The notes under the pieces are model-generated. The model did no database searches. It was not told the origin of the DNA and saw only the letters and a list, made by a program, of their open reading frames with translations. A stretch of 64,000 bases of DNA from Candidatus Hermodarchaeota archaeon (GTDB lineage: Archaea > Asgardarchaeota > Hermodarchaeia > Hermodarchaeales > Hermodarchaeaceae), in contig JAEOTO010000033.1 of NCBI GenBank assembly GCA_016839805.1, forward strand, positions 14,242-78,241. The letters are read 5' to 3'. Position numbers and translations under genes: made by a program. Of the stretch, positions 10,621 to 20,267 are shown one piece after another (positions within the stretch are counted from its first letter, which is position 1; every line of letters begins with the position of its first letter).

Positions 10621-11139
10621 ATGACAACCCAGCCACCAAAGGATTTTCGTAGTGGTCTCGGAGCAGCTTATGTTGCGACCCGAGATCATCTAAGCTACCT
10701 GCTAACTGACTTGACTCCAGAGCAGGCGGCAAAAAAGGCTACTCCAGATTCACGGACTATTCTCTATTATCTAACCCATATCGCGAATTCAGAACTCTAT
10801 TGGCTGGCAGCCACAGGACGAAAAGTTATCGTCTATGCAAAACAGGTTCCCCTTGATATCGCAATTGATCTCTTAGACGAAGTCCGTAGTCGTATTCTAC
10901 GAGAACTAAAAAAGTGTTCAGAGGAAGAACTCAGTTTTCAAGCGCCCACGAAGGGCGAAAAGCCTAGTCTCGGATGGGTCATATCCCACATTACGCTCCA
11001 CGCATTATATCATAGTGCAGAGATTATCTTCACACGCTACGCAGTAGGGGGATCAGACTTACCCAATGATGAAGTGGAAGATTCATGGAGTCGTATGATG
11101 AATGCGATGGCGCATCTCATCTTTTTTGTAAAACAGTAA
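10621..11139 (+). CDS. DinB/YfiT family protein
   Basis: HIANSELYW and HITLHALYH metal-binding His pattern. Confidence 0.8.
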   Translation: MTTQPPKDFRSGLGAAYVATRDHLSYLLTDLTPEQAAKKATPDSRTILYYLTHIANSELYWLAATGRKVIVYAKQVPLDIAIDLLDEVRSRILRELKKCSEEELSFQAPTKGEKPSLGWVISHITLHALYHSAEIIFTRYAVGGSDLPNDEVEDSWSRMMNAMAHLIFFVKQ

Positions 11140-11659
11140 ACTCGTTAAAAGCATCTTGAAAAATCTTGAATGACGCAGGATCAAATAAACAAAATACAAT
11201 ACGACGCAACGAAGTTTTCACTTGATTGAGATATTCTATCGTGGCTGACAAAATGACCTTCGCGGCCCGTTCTTTGGGGAAACCAAAGATACCTGTACTG
11301 ATCGCTGGGAAAGCAATACTTCGCAAACCTTTTGCATCAGCAAGTTTCAAACTATTTTGCACTGCGCTAGCGAGTTTTTGATCTTCTTCACCTTCACCCC
11401 AGCGAGGGCCAACTGCATGAATAACGTAGCGTGCTTTTAAGTTTCCACCAGTGGTGATAACTGCTGTACCAACTGGTGTGCCACCAATATCATTGCATTC
11501 ATGTTGGATAGCAGGACCTCCACGACGACGAATCGCTCCAGCGACTCCCCCACCCAATTGAAGTGATTCACCTGCCGCGTTCACGATCGCATCTGTTGCT
11601 AAATCGGTGATATCACCTTGGAGGAGTTCAACCATGACCTTGTTGATAACCCGCCGCAT
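11117..11659 (-). CDS. Macro domain protein (ADP-ribose binding/hydrolase, YmdB/MacroD-like)
   Basis: GDIT, DAIVNAA, GGGVAGAI, VIHAVGP, PAISTGIFGFP. Confidence 0.95.
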   Translation of the reverse strand: MRRVINKVMVELLQGDITDLATDAIVNAAGESLQLGGGVAGAIRRRGGPAIQHECNDIGGTPVGTAVITTGGNLKARYVIHAVGPRWGEGEEDQKLASAVQNSLKLADAKGLRSIAFPAISTGIFGFPKERAAKVILSATIEYLNQVKTSLRRIVFCLFDPASFKIFQDAFNEFTVLQKR

Positions 11660-11754
11660 GCAACAACACCCATTAGATCAACCACTATTTCCACACACGT
11701 TTCTATTTCAACTTAAAAATTATCCCTTGAGAGGAATATCTTTCTCTTAGTAGA

Positions 11755-12444
11755 TTAGGGTGGAGGCGGAGGAAAGACTGGAGAGTATAACAAACCCGTT
11801 AATCCAGCAAAGATGATTAATCCCCAGGAGAGCATGATCAGGAAGAGACTGAAAAAGAATGCACCTCTTTGCCCCGGTGGATCAACGAGATTCAGTTCTT
11901 CATCCAGGTATTGGGCTTTGAAAGCTGCTCGAACATAAAATATTGCGGCTATACCAAGTGGCACCCATATCAGGTCGACAAAAGTCCAAACCGTGAACGA
12001 AATGGCTGCAATCCCAGCAAGAACTCCTCCAAGCATAGTCCAAAGGTAGAAGTCAGCAAGAACGAAAGCCCCGGTTTCCCAGAGGACACCAGTAACCATT
12101 GCAAATGGTTCGCCATAAGGACTTCCCTTGAAGCGCCGCCCGAGGTATCCTACGATATATGCTTCAATTCCGCGGACAGCAACAACACCAGGAATGTATA
12201 CAGCAGGTAAGCCAGAATATGTGATGAGCAGACCTTTGCCAATTAGTTGACCCATCACCGTAACGATTAAGCCAATTTCGGGACCGTACAAAATGGCAAC
12301 AGCAAAAATAAGTATCGATGAAGCGTCATAACTGCCAAGAGGGGTAGGTATCACAATACTGGCGAATGAAAAAACCGCCATTAAAGAACCCAGAATCCCA
12401 AGGGTGGCGACATACATTGATCGCGGGGATTTGAACTCGATCAT
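11755..12444 (-). CDS. ECF transporter substrate-specific (S) component
   Basis: About 6-7 TM helices; IPTPLGSY..., AILYGPEIG and VRGIEAYIVG match S-component patterns. Confidence 0.7.
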   Translation of the reverse strand: MIEFKSPRSMYVATLGILGSLMAVFSFASIVIPTPLGSYDASSILIFAVAILYGPEIGLIVTVMGQLIGKGLLITYSGLPAVYIPGVVAVRGIEAYIVGYLGRRFKGSPYGEPFAMVTGVLWETGAFVLADFYLWTMLGGVLAGIAAISFTVWTFVDLIWVPLGIAAIFYVRAAFKAQYLDEELNLVDPPGQRGAFFFSLFLIMLSWGLIIFAGLTGLLYSPVFPPPPP

Positions 12445-12567
12445 AAATCCGTCCTCTCGGGTTGGTGAGTGTGGTCAACCACGCGTTGTTATACGTGTTG
12501 TATATAAGCCTTGTGTAAAATGGCGTAGGTTCATAAGGAAGTATTAATCAAGAACAAAGTCGGTTCA

Positions 12568-13131
12568 ATGCAGCGAGGGATGTTGATGTCAGAACACCCT
12601 GACACCCTGAAAAAAAGGCTGGAAACCAGCATTCATTCTCTCACACCAACCCCTGGGTTTGCACAACTTATACCGGAGGTAGGAAGTAATTTCGTTGCCT
12701 GCTTGCCAAAAGCTTCTCAGTTATCTCAGGTTGCAGGTCTGACAGGTCGAATCATCATTGTAAAGGGTCAGCCCGAAGCCGTTGGTGAAGTGGATTTTGG
12801 ATGGGCACCCTTTATGGGTCAGGTGATGTTGAAAGCTTACAGTGTGAATAATCAAATTCGCTCGGCAATATCTTTACGCTATTCAGCGGCGATTGTGGAA
12901 GCAGCTCGAAAGGCTGGTTTACAAGTTGTAGGTTTTAGGTTACCTGAAAACCATCCTGTTCCTGCGTGTATGACACTTCTGGCATTGTCAAGACTCAAGT
13001 TTGTTCCTGAAGTCCTTTTTGATTGGGGAGCTCATGGTCTTGAACCACTGGTTATTGTATTCGCTTCTAATCCAGAAGAGATAACCCAACGAGTTCAGGG
13101 CATTATCAAAGAATTAGTAATCGATGAGTGA
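12568..13131 (+). CDS. ThiN-family (thiamine-phosphate synthase fold) protein, possibly degenerate
   Basis: LIPEVGSN, VAGLTGRI and DWGAHGLEP; probable start at 12586. Confidence 0.75.
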   Translation: MQRGMLMSEHPDTLKKRLETSIHSLTPTPGFAQLIPEVGSNFVACLPKASQLSQVAGLTGRIIIVKGQPEAVGEVDFGWAPFMGQVMLKAYSVNNQIRSAISLRYSAAIVEAARKAGLQVVGFRLPENHPVPACMTLLALSRLKFVPEVLFDWGAHGLEPLVIVFASNPEEITQRVQGIIKELVIDE

Positions 13132-13885
13132 TGATTTCTTGTTGACTACGCCAACTACGAACTCCACACATAAACAGGCTGTAAGTACCGCCTTTGGAGC
13201 ACTTGCTCCATTTTATGACGCATGGTATCAAACTCCCTTAGGCAAATATGTTTGGACAGTAGAATCTGCAGCCATAAAGGCCCTGCTTCCTGACCAACTG
13301 CAAGGTGTAATTTTTGATATTGGCATAGGAACTGGGATGTCACTGACTCTACTTTCATCAGAATCTGGTCAAATTGTTGGAATTGATATTGCCTGGGAAA
13401 TGTTGGATGTCGCTTATCAAAAAAGTCACAACATAACTAGAGTGCATCTTGTTCTTGCTGATTGCGAAAAATTACCTTTCCGAGAAGAGGTTGCTGATTT
13501 TGTATTTAGCATGACTGTTCTGGAGTTTGTTTCCAACCCCGATCAATTCCTACAAGAAATTTGCAAGTCTCTCAATCCAAATGGGTGGCTGCTTCTTGGA
13601 GTTTTATCTTCTACTAATCTCTGGGCGGCAGAACGTCGAATTCGATGCTTCGTTAAACCCGATGTGTTTCGTTTTGCACGGTTTCCCAGTCCCTGGCAAG
13701 TAACGCGTGCACTTTTCCGAAATGGATTTATCCAGATTCAATATCGAGGTGCCGTTTATGCCCCTAGCTTCACTCCCTCACGGCTTTTAGCAAGTTGTGC
13801 AATAATTGAAAAAAAACTGAGTCACCGGTGGCTATGGCGTGCTCTAGGAGCGTTTCTGGTGATACGTGCACAAAGAACCAAATAA
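13124..13885 (+). CDS. Class I SAM-dependent methyltransferase (UbiE-like)
   Basis: YDAWY, DIGIGTG, GIDIA..ML, EKLPF and LNPNG. Confidence 0.88.
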   Translation: MSDDFLLTTPTTNSTHKQAVSTAFGALAPFYDAWYQTPLGKYVWTVESAAIKALLPDQLQGVIFDIGIGTGMSLTLLSSESGQIVGIDIAWEMLDVAYQKSHNITRVHLVLADCEKLPFREEVADFVFSMTVLEFVSNPDQFLQEICKSLNPNGWLLLGVLSSTNLWAAERRIRCFVKPDVFRFARFPSPWQVTRALFRNGFIQIQYRGAVYAPSFTPSRLLASCAIIEKKLSHRWLWRALGAFLVIRAQRTK

Positions 13886-13887
13886 CC

Positions 13888-14922
13888 TTACGAAATTTTT
13901 GATGTAAATCTTTGATATGGATCTGTACCAGGTTCTAATGGCTTTGACTGATCTGGATATTCAATTATAATTCGTTTTTTCCGCGTAAATGTTCCAATGA
14001 TATCTGATTTCCTACCTGATTCCTTAATCTCTTTGATAAGTTCATCTGCAGATTCGGGTTTGGCAATGATAAGAAAACTTCCGAAGGAAGAACAATAGAG
14101 AGGATCCCAATTCAAATAATTAAAGAGTCGAATACCCAACTCATCCCAAGGAACATTCTCATACTGAAGCGTGATTCCACGCCCCGTGGTCGCGAATAGC
14201 TCCATTAGTGCCAATCCAAGTCCTCCTTCCGCTAAATCATGCATCAATAATATTTGCTCTTGGGGGAGAGATTGTACTATGGGCACCACAGAAAATACGG
14301 ATAGATCTTTGGCTATCAATTCTCGTTGTGAGCGGGGAAGAATCGAATCGATGTGTGAGGGTTCAACATTTGCAACAAACCAAAGTGTTTCTCGCCCAAT
14401 TGGACCAACAGCGATAATAACATCACCTGGCGAAATTTTAGGTAATTGGCGAGGTTCACCGGGTAACATACCAAAACACGTAGTGGCTATGAATGGTACT
14501 TGCAGGCCATCATAACCTCCGGTGTGTCCACCAATGATTTGTAGATTAAGCTGTTCTGCTTCTTGACCGAGTTGTTTCAAAGTATCGGTAAGCCAGGTCT
14601 CTTCCGTATTTGGCGGATAGTAAATTCCCAAAGCAAGATACTGAGGTGTTGCCCCAGCCATAGCCACATCAGTTGCAGAATAGTGTACGGCGAAGAATCC
14701 ATAGAATTGATGTGGAATACCTATAACTGGGTCAGTAGAAACGACTAAGTTACCATGAACCATAGTGGAACCATAGTCTAAGGTTACTGTTCCAGGGTCT
14801 TGAACACGAGGTAAAAGAGGAAAAACAAGACGTTTAAGTTCAGCTAAATTGAGTTTTCCTTTAGGAAGAGACATTACAAGGCAACCCCTAGAGGAACAAC
14901 ACGTTTTCTTGTTATAATGCAT
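13888..14922 (-). CDS. AIR synthase-related (PurM/HypE/ThiL superfamily) protein
   Basis: STDP, ATDVAMAGA, IIGGHT and MHDLAEGGL; real start is probably MSLPKGK. Confidence 0.85.
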   Translation of the reverse strand: MHYNKKTCCSSRGCLVMSLPKGKLNLAELKRLVFPLLPRVQDPGTVTLDYGSTMVHGNLVVSTDPVIGIPHQFYGFFAVHYSATDVAMAGATPQYLALGIYYPPNTEETWLTDTLKQLGQEAEQLNLQIIGGHTGGYDGLQVPFIATTCFGMLPGEPRQLPKISPGDVIIAVGPIGRETLWFVANVEPSHIDSILPRSQRELIAKDLSVFSVVPIVQSLPQEQILLMHDLAEGGLGLALMELFATTGRGITLQYENVPWDELGIRLFNYLNWDPLYCSSFGSFLIIAKPESADELIKEIKESGRKSDIIGTFTRKKRIIIEYPDQSKPLEPGTDPYQRFTSKIS

Positions 14923-14943
14923 GCGGTTGCAATGAGTGAGTTG

Positions 14944-15897
14944 CTACAATCCATTTTCCAGTTTTTTCCGTCTCTGGAGCCGTGGTTCTAGAGCAATCAA
15001 AAGTGTTGCTAGGAGAATAAGTCCCGCGCCAATAGCTTGCCAAAAAACAACAGGTTGTGCCATGAAGAAGATGCCAAATATAACTGCACTAATTGGATCA
15101 AGTAAAAGAATGATGGAGGCGGCTGAGGCATCGATTTGTTCAACACCAATATTTGTTAGCGTATAGGGAATTGCGGTTCCAATTAGTGCAAAACCCAGTA
15201 GGAGGAGCCACGCTACCGGATGAATGATGAGTTGAAAGCCAATGATTCTAGGATCAGTAATGAAAAAACTTAGAATGACTATGACAGGTCCTATCCATAA
15301 CATTGCAAAGAAGTACCCCCAAAATGTCGTGACAATCGGTCGATAACCTTCATGACCACCCCATTTCCGTCCTAGTACCACATAACAGGCTGCAAAAATT
15401 GCATTTGATATTGCCAAGATGATACCTGCTAAAGGAATGGGAGCTAAATAGGGAGTTAGGGGTAGCGAGACTATCACTGCCCCAGCAATCGATAAAGGGA
15501 CGGCGACAAGTCGAATTGTCGTAAATTGCTCTTTCAAGAAGATACGACTCAGAATGAGCGTGATTGCAGGATAGAGGTAAGTAAGCGAAACAGCCACAAT
15601 GACAGGCGTCCCAATTGCTATTGCTGTGATGTAAACGATGATAGAGAGTGCGATGCCAATTAACCCATAAATAATGAAGTGACTAAGGTGCTCTCGTTTT
15701 ATCATGACTGTCCGATACGAATAAGCTACACCCAGGGCAATGAGGAGGTAAAGTACCGTAAAGATAGCGCGGAAAAGTGATTGCTGTAATGATGGAACAC
15801 CCATAAGACTAAGATAAAAAGTAAAGACGGGGATGGTTCCAAAACAGACTGCTGCAATAATTAAACTCAAATGATTCAGGACCCGTGATTTACTCAT
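14944..15897 (-). CDS. EamA/DMT family transporter
   Basis: 10 TM helices in two EamA repeats (YLYPAIT..FLKE; LLDPISA). Confidence 0.9.
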   Translation of the reverse strand: MSKSRVLNHLSLIIAAVCFGTIPVFTFYLSLMGVPSLQQSLFRAIFTVLYLLIALGVAYSYRTVMIKREHLSHFIIYGLIGIALSIIVYITAIAIGTPVIVAVSLTYLYPAITLILSRIFLKEQFTTIRLVAVPLSIAGAVIVSLPLTPYLAPIPLAGIILAISNAIFAACYVVLGRKWGGHEGYRPIVTTFWGYFFAMLWIGPVIVILSFFITDPRIIGFQLIIHPVAWLLLLGFALIGTAIPYTLTNIGVEQIDASAASIILLLDPISAVIFGIFFMAQPVVFWQAIGAGLILLATLLIALEPRLQRRKKLENGL

Positions 15898-15950
15898 CCC
15901 AAATCGCCTTTTCGTGCAACTTGTCAGTCAGCATTTTGTTGGTCTTTAGC

Positions 15951-16526
15951 TCAAAACTCTAGAGGGCTTATGGAGGTAGCACCGCTTTTTAATGCTTGTA
16001 AATTCGTTGTCTTGAATCGACGGAGTTTACCATCTTTTGTTACCGTATCCCGAAGCAACTTAAGGTCGACGCGGTCGTCAACGGCAGCAAGAGCCCCAAG
16101 CGAAGCTATCCCAATATAGCGGACATGACCTAGTTCTTCAGCGATTCTTCGAATCCGAACTTGATAGATTTTCATCTTGTTTTGGTCTGGAAGATCTGCT
16201 AGCCCCAGTTGAACAGCTGGTTCACCTAGAATATCAGCTTCGAGTATGAGTAGCTCACTACTCAAATCTGGACTGATTGCACAACACTTCTTGAAAGCTG
16301 GGGTTGATAACGCTATGAGGACATTGGGTTTATGGAAGTTTAATTCATAGATAGGGTCAGAAGATATGGTAAGATCTGCTGTACAAGCACCTCCACGAGC
16401 CGCAGCACCATGTGATTCAGTTTGAAGTACGTGGAACCCTTTCTTTGTAAAACTAAGCCCTAATATTCTGCTAGCAGTAACTACACCATAGCCTCCATAC
16501 CCTGCAAAGCGGAGTGTCAAATGCAT
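15951..16526 (-). CDS. 2-oxoacid:ferredoxin oxidoreductase gamma subunit
   Basis: LRFAGYGGYGVV and HGAAARGG; last gene of the operon. Confidence 0.9.
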   Translation of the reverse strand: MHLTLRFAGYGGYGVVTASRILGLSFTKKGFHVLQTESHGAAARGGACTADLTISSDPIYELNFHKPNVLIALSTPAFKKCCAISPDLSSELLILEADILGEPAVQLGLADLPDQNKMKIYQVRIRRIAEELGHVRYIGIASLGALAAVDDRVDLKLLRDTVTKDGKLRRFKTTNLQALKSGATSISPLEF

Positions 16527-17429
16527 TTACGCATCACCTTTGTTATTCCAAAGCTCTTGAAGGTAATCAATTAGTGTGGGACGCTTTTCTTGTTTGAAGA
16601 CCCCGAGATCAATGGGTTTTTCCTGCAAGGTTATTTGATATCTTGGATGCCCGTTTGTTACTCCAGTTTTTTTCCCTTTCAAAGCCTTCAACATCCATGC
16701 ACCAGGTTGACGTCGAAATTGTTCCTGTTCTTCGGGAGTAAGACCGGTTTGGAATTCAGTTAGAAACTGTGCGGCATAGGTTGGACATTGTGAAATAATT
16801 TCGATGAAAGAAAAGCCTGGATGGATCATGGCTTCCTTAAGAGTGGCAACAATTTCATTGACATAATAGGTTGTCCAACGGGCGACATAACTGGCTCCAG
16901 CTCCCAGCATTAGTTGTGATAGATCAAAGGGAGTTTCAGGGTGTTTAGGATAGGTTGAAGTTTGGACATGAAGAGGGGTAGTAGGAGCTGATTGACCACC
17001 AGTCATTCCATAATTGAGATTATTTACCAAGATGACAGTCATCGGGATATTACGTCGGGCCGCGTGGATGAGGTGATTGCCCCCAATGGCTGCCCCATCC
17101 CCGTCTCCAGTAAAGACAGTGACCTGCAATTTGGGATTCATGATTTTTGCTCCAGTGGCAAAAGCAATTGCACGGCCATGTGTAGTATGGAGGGTGTCAC
17201 CCTTAAAATGCGGACTGGGAATCCATGCTGAACAACCAATCCCTGATACACTGAGTATGTTTTGGTGTTGTAATTGTTTATCTTTGATGAGGTCATCGAC
17301 AGCTCTTACAAAACAGTTCAGAATTGTGCCATTCCCACAACCTGCACAAAAGGCAGTCGGTAAATTCCGCAGATATCGTTCACGATAATACTCCTGAGGT
17401 TTTCCTAAGTTGTTTTCAGATTTATTCAA
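16527..17429 (-). CDS. korB: 2-oxoacid:ferredoxin oxidoreductase beta subunit
   Basis: FCAGCG, SGIGCS, HGRA, GDGD TPP motif and YGMTGGQ. Confidence 0.93.
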   Translation of the reverse strand: MNKSENNLGKPQEYYRERYLRNLPTAFCAGCGNGTILNCFVRAVDDLIKDKQLQHQNILSVSGIGCSAWIPSPHFKGDTLHTTHGRAIAFATGAKIMNPKLQVTVFTGDGDGAAIGGNHLIHAARRNIPMTVILVNNLNYGMTGGQSAPTTPLHVQTSTYPKHPETPFDLSQLMLGAGASYVARWTTYYVNEIVATLKEAMIHPGFSFIEIISQCPTYAAQFLTEFQTGLTPEEQEQFRRQPGAWMLKALKGKKTGVTNGHPRYQITLQEKPIDLGVFKQEKRPTLIDYLQELWNNKGDA

Positions 17430-18562
17430 GCTGCATCAGCCTCCATTACTGCTTTCAGGATTTCCTTGGCATCGTGTACTTCTCCTGCCACCTTTGGGAT
17501 ACTTATGACATCAGCTTGGCAGGCAATTCGAGCGACCTCATGAACCATCATGCCCATATTCATCTCCACAACAAAGATTCGCTGAATATCCTTCAATAAC
17601 GCTCTTAGATGCGCTTCAGGAAACGGCCACAATGTTTTCAATCGGACAAATCCGACATTCACACCATTCTTTTGAGCAGTTTGAACCGCATGATAAGCCG
17701 GACGAGCAGCAGCCCCAAAGCTTACCACAATTGATTCAGCAGAATCAAGATAACTAACCTCAAGATCCAATTTTTCTTCATATAGAGCCTGACCTGCCTG
17801 TTGGCTCTTTTTAAAAATCCATTCAATCGTTGCACGATGAAAGGTAGGAGTGTAATCACGAACGCCATTCGGACGGTGTGCGGATCCCGTAACTAGGAGA
17901 TTGTGTCCATCGCCAAATCGAGGCATTTCGTACCTCAAGAAGATTTCCTCAGGGCGAGGATGAGATTTGGTAAATCGCTTTCGATTAAGAACAGGAAATG
18001 CACCGGGTTTTGGAATTGTTAGGGGTTCACGCATGTAACAAATCTCACCATCTGCCATGACCAAAGTCGGTGTCCGAAACTTCTCAGCGTAGTTGAAAGC
18101 GTGAATTGTGAAATCAAACATCTCTTGAACAGACCACGGGCTGAAAGCAATAGGCGCAATATCACCGTGAGTGCCATATCGAGCTTGCATGACATCTTGT
18201 TGTCCTGGCATTGTAGCCTGACCTGTGCTTGGTCCAGATCGCTGAGCATCAACTACCACAACAGGAGTTTCTGTAAGATACGCATATCCTAGATTTTCTT
18301 GCATAAGGCTGAATCCTGGACCTGAAGTGGCAGTCATCGTTTTCCCACCAGACCAAGATGCTCCTATGATTGCAGCCATCGATGCGAGTTCATCTTCCAT
18401 TTGTACAAAATAACCCTTAACCTGTGGAAGCCGTAGCGCCATTTGTTCAACTATACTTGTTGCGGGTGTAATCGGATATCCAGCAAAAAATCGACAGCCA
18501 GCATAGATGGCGCCTTCAGCACAAGCAACCCCTCCGTCAACAAAATATAATCCAGCCTTCAT
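17426..18562 (-). CDS. korA: 2-oxoacid:ferredoxin oxidoreductase alpha subunit
   Basis: FFAGYPITP, QMEDE, TATSGPGFSLMQE and QRSGPSTG. Confidence 0.94.
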   Translation of the reverse strand: MKAGLYFVDGGVACAEGAIYAGCRFFAGYPITPATSIVEQMALRLPQVKGYFVQMEDELASMAAIIGASWSGGKTMTATSGPGFSLMQENLGYAYLTETPVVVVDAQRSGPSTGQATMPGQQDVMQARYGTHGDIAPIAFSPWSVQEMFDFTIHAFNYAEKFRTPTLVMADGEICYMREPLTIPKPGAFPVLNRKRFTKSHPRPEEIFLRYEMPRFGDGHNLLVTGSAHRPNGVRDYTPTFHRATIEWIFKKSQQAGQALYEEKLDLEVSYLDSAESIVVSFGAAARPAYHAVQTAQKNGVNVGFVRLKTLWPFPEAHLRALLKDIQRIFVVEMNMGMMVHEVARIACQADVISIPKVAGEVHDAKEILKAVMEADAA

Positions 18563-18807
18563 TCATCTTCCACCTCAACCATAATTGCGGCATCCGGACA
18601 TCGTTTCTCACATAATCGGCACGCCACACCCTTCTTTCCACGAACTAGCATGCATTTCGTATCGCCACCTTCACAAAGATGTGGACTATGACCTCCCCAC
18701 GGCGTTGGAGTATCCTCTTCCAACACCTTCGCCGGGCAAAAGAGAATACATATACCACAGCCTTTGCAAAGGGTTTTGTCAACACTGAGTTTAATGCTCC
18801 GTGGAAT
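18559..18807 (-). CDS. korD: 2-oxoacid:ferredoxin oxidoreductase delta subunit (2x[4Fe-4S] ferredoxin), absent from the ORF track; probable ATT start
   Basis: Manual translation gives IPRSIKLSVDKTLCKGCGICILFCPAKVL...KCMLVRGKKGVACRLCEKRCPDAAIMVEVEDE*; its stop overlaps the korA start (ATGA). Confidence 0.88.
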   Translation of the reverse strand: MPRSIKLSVDKTLCKGCGICILFCPAKVLEEDTPTPWGGHSPHLCEGGDTKCMLVRGKKGVACRLCEKRCPDAAIMVEVEDE

Positions 18808-18904
18808 TCTTCATTCCTCCTCAGTTCACGTAGGTCTGATTCGCGTCGATGAATTTGTATGATTACCTAAAGTTTTATGGAAAGACGATACTGACGTTTC
18901 TACC

Positions 18905-20260
18905 ATGTCAGAGCCACAATCCCATCGAATACCACGATGGATTACAGCTGTGTTCATGTTCGCCATTACTATTGTACTCACCACTTTGACATATTTTATT
19001 GATATTGTGGGAGCCATCTACTATTATGTTAGTATTCTCCTCGTGCTTATATTCTGGATTTATGTTGATCGGCAGCTTCCTGAAGGGTTAGGGTTTCGAT
19101 TCGAATCACGATGGTGGTTGCAATTACTCCTTGGCATTCTCCTCACTGGAATTGTTCTTTGGCTCATCATCTGGCTTGAAGTGCTCTTGGGCTGGATCAT
19201 ACTCATCCCAGTTTTTCTCGACCAGACATTATGGCTTATTACTGGAGCTCTTGCCGTGTATGCGACAAATCAGGCAATGGTTGCAGTTGGAGAGGAATTG
19301 GTGAGCAGAGGATACATCCAACAAAATCTTGCTACCCGCTTGACGATGCCTTTTACAATTCTAATTTCAGCGGTCATGTTTGCTATATTTCATGTCCTAA
19401 GTATGGTCTATTATTCGCTTCCACTCGTGTTAGCAATCATCATGTTTAGCAATATCATCTTAGCCGGTATCTTGTTTGGCATAGCGTTTGCTCGGACACG
19501 TAATCTCTGGTTACCCATTGGTCTCCATTTTGGATGGAATATGGTGTTATATCATATTGTAGGCATTAGGGGATATGGACTATTCCAGTATCAAAGTATT
19601 AGCCTGGAGATTTTGACTGGGGGGATTATGGGTCCCGAGGCAGGATTGTTAGGGACAGTTGCCTTTCTGTTCCTTATTGCGATTGTGTGGATTGGTACGA
19701 AAGAATCTGGTGGGCTGCTCTTGCGGATTTTTAATCGAAAACCGCTGCTAATGTTTGCCTTTGGCTTCTTGGTCATTCTAATACCGGTAATATTAGGACT
19801 AGTGCTTGCAGGTCTGTGGTTCTTTCTCATAGTGTGGATTATATATGCGATTTTTTTTCTTCAGGTTTGGGAAAATCGCATCTTATGTAGCCATTGTCCC
19901 TATTACGGCTCGGAGGGTCGAACACTACGGTGTCATGCTAACTATGGGTTATTCAAGCTTTGGAAATATAATCCAGCTCCCATGAGCCGCTCGGAACAGG
20001 TTCAAATGGTGATTGGGGTAGCGATTATGATCGGATTCCCCTTTCCTCTCTTATTTTTAAGTCAACAATGGGTTTTCCTGATTTTCGCCTCATTTGGAGC
20101 TATTGTCCTCGGAGCGATTCTTTTTGATTGGTTATGTGTGCGGTGTGTGAACTTTTCTTGTCCATTTAACCGAGTACCTAAGGATGAAGTCGATGCCTTC
20201 CTGAAGGAGCATCCGGAGATGCGGAAGGCTTGGGAAGAAAAAGGTTACCAAGTTGATTGA
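18905..20260 (+). CDS. CPBP/Abi (type II CAAX) intramembrane metalloprotease fused to a Cys-rich membrane domain
   Basis: EELVSRGY, FAIFH and GLHFGWN motifs; C-terminal CSHCPYY...CVRCVNFSCPFN. Confidence 0.85.
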   Translation: MSEPQSHRIPRWITAVFMFAITIVLTTLTYFIDIVGAIYYYVSILLVLIFWIYVDRQLPEGLGFRFESRWWLQLLLGILLTGIVLWLIIWLEVLLGWIILIPVFLDQTLWLITGALAVYATNQAMVAVGEELVSRGYIQQNLATRLTMPFTILISAVMFAIFHVLSMVYYSLPLVLAIIMFSNIILAGILFGIAFARTRNLWLPIGLHFGWNMVLYHIVGIRGYGLFQYQSISLEILTGGIMGPEAGLLGTVAFLFLIAIVWIGTKESGGLLLRIFNRKPLLMFAFGFLVILIPVILGLVLAGLWFFLIVWIIYAIFFLQVWENRILCSHCPYYGSEGRTLRCHANYGLFKLWKYNPAPMSRSEQVQMVIGVAIMIGFPFPLLFLSQQWVFLIFASFGAIVLGAILFDWLCVRCVNFSCPFNRVPKDEVDAFLKEHPEMRKAWEEKGYQVD

Positions 20261-20267
20261 TAGGGTT

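Noticed and set aside
18811-18828. Selenocysteine read-through of the TGA upstream of korD
   Set aside because: A second in-frame TGA lies five codons further upstream with no start between them, and the position is not a Cys-equivalent site
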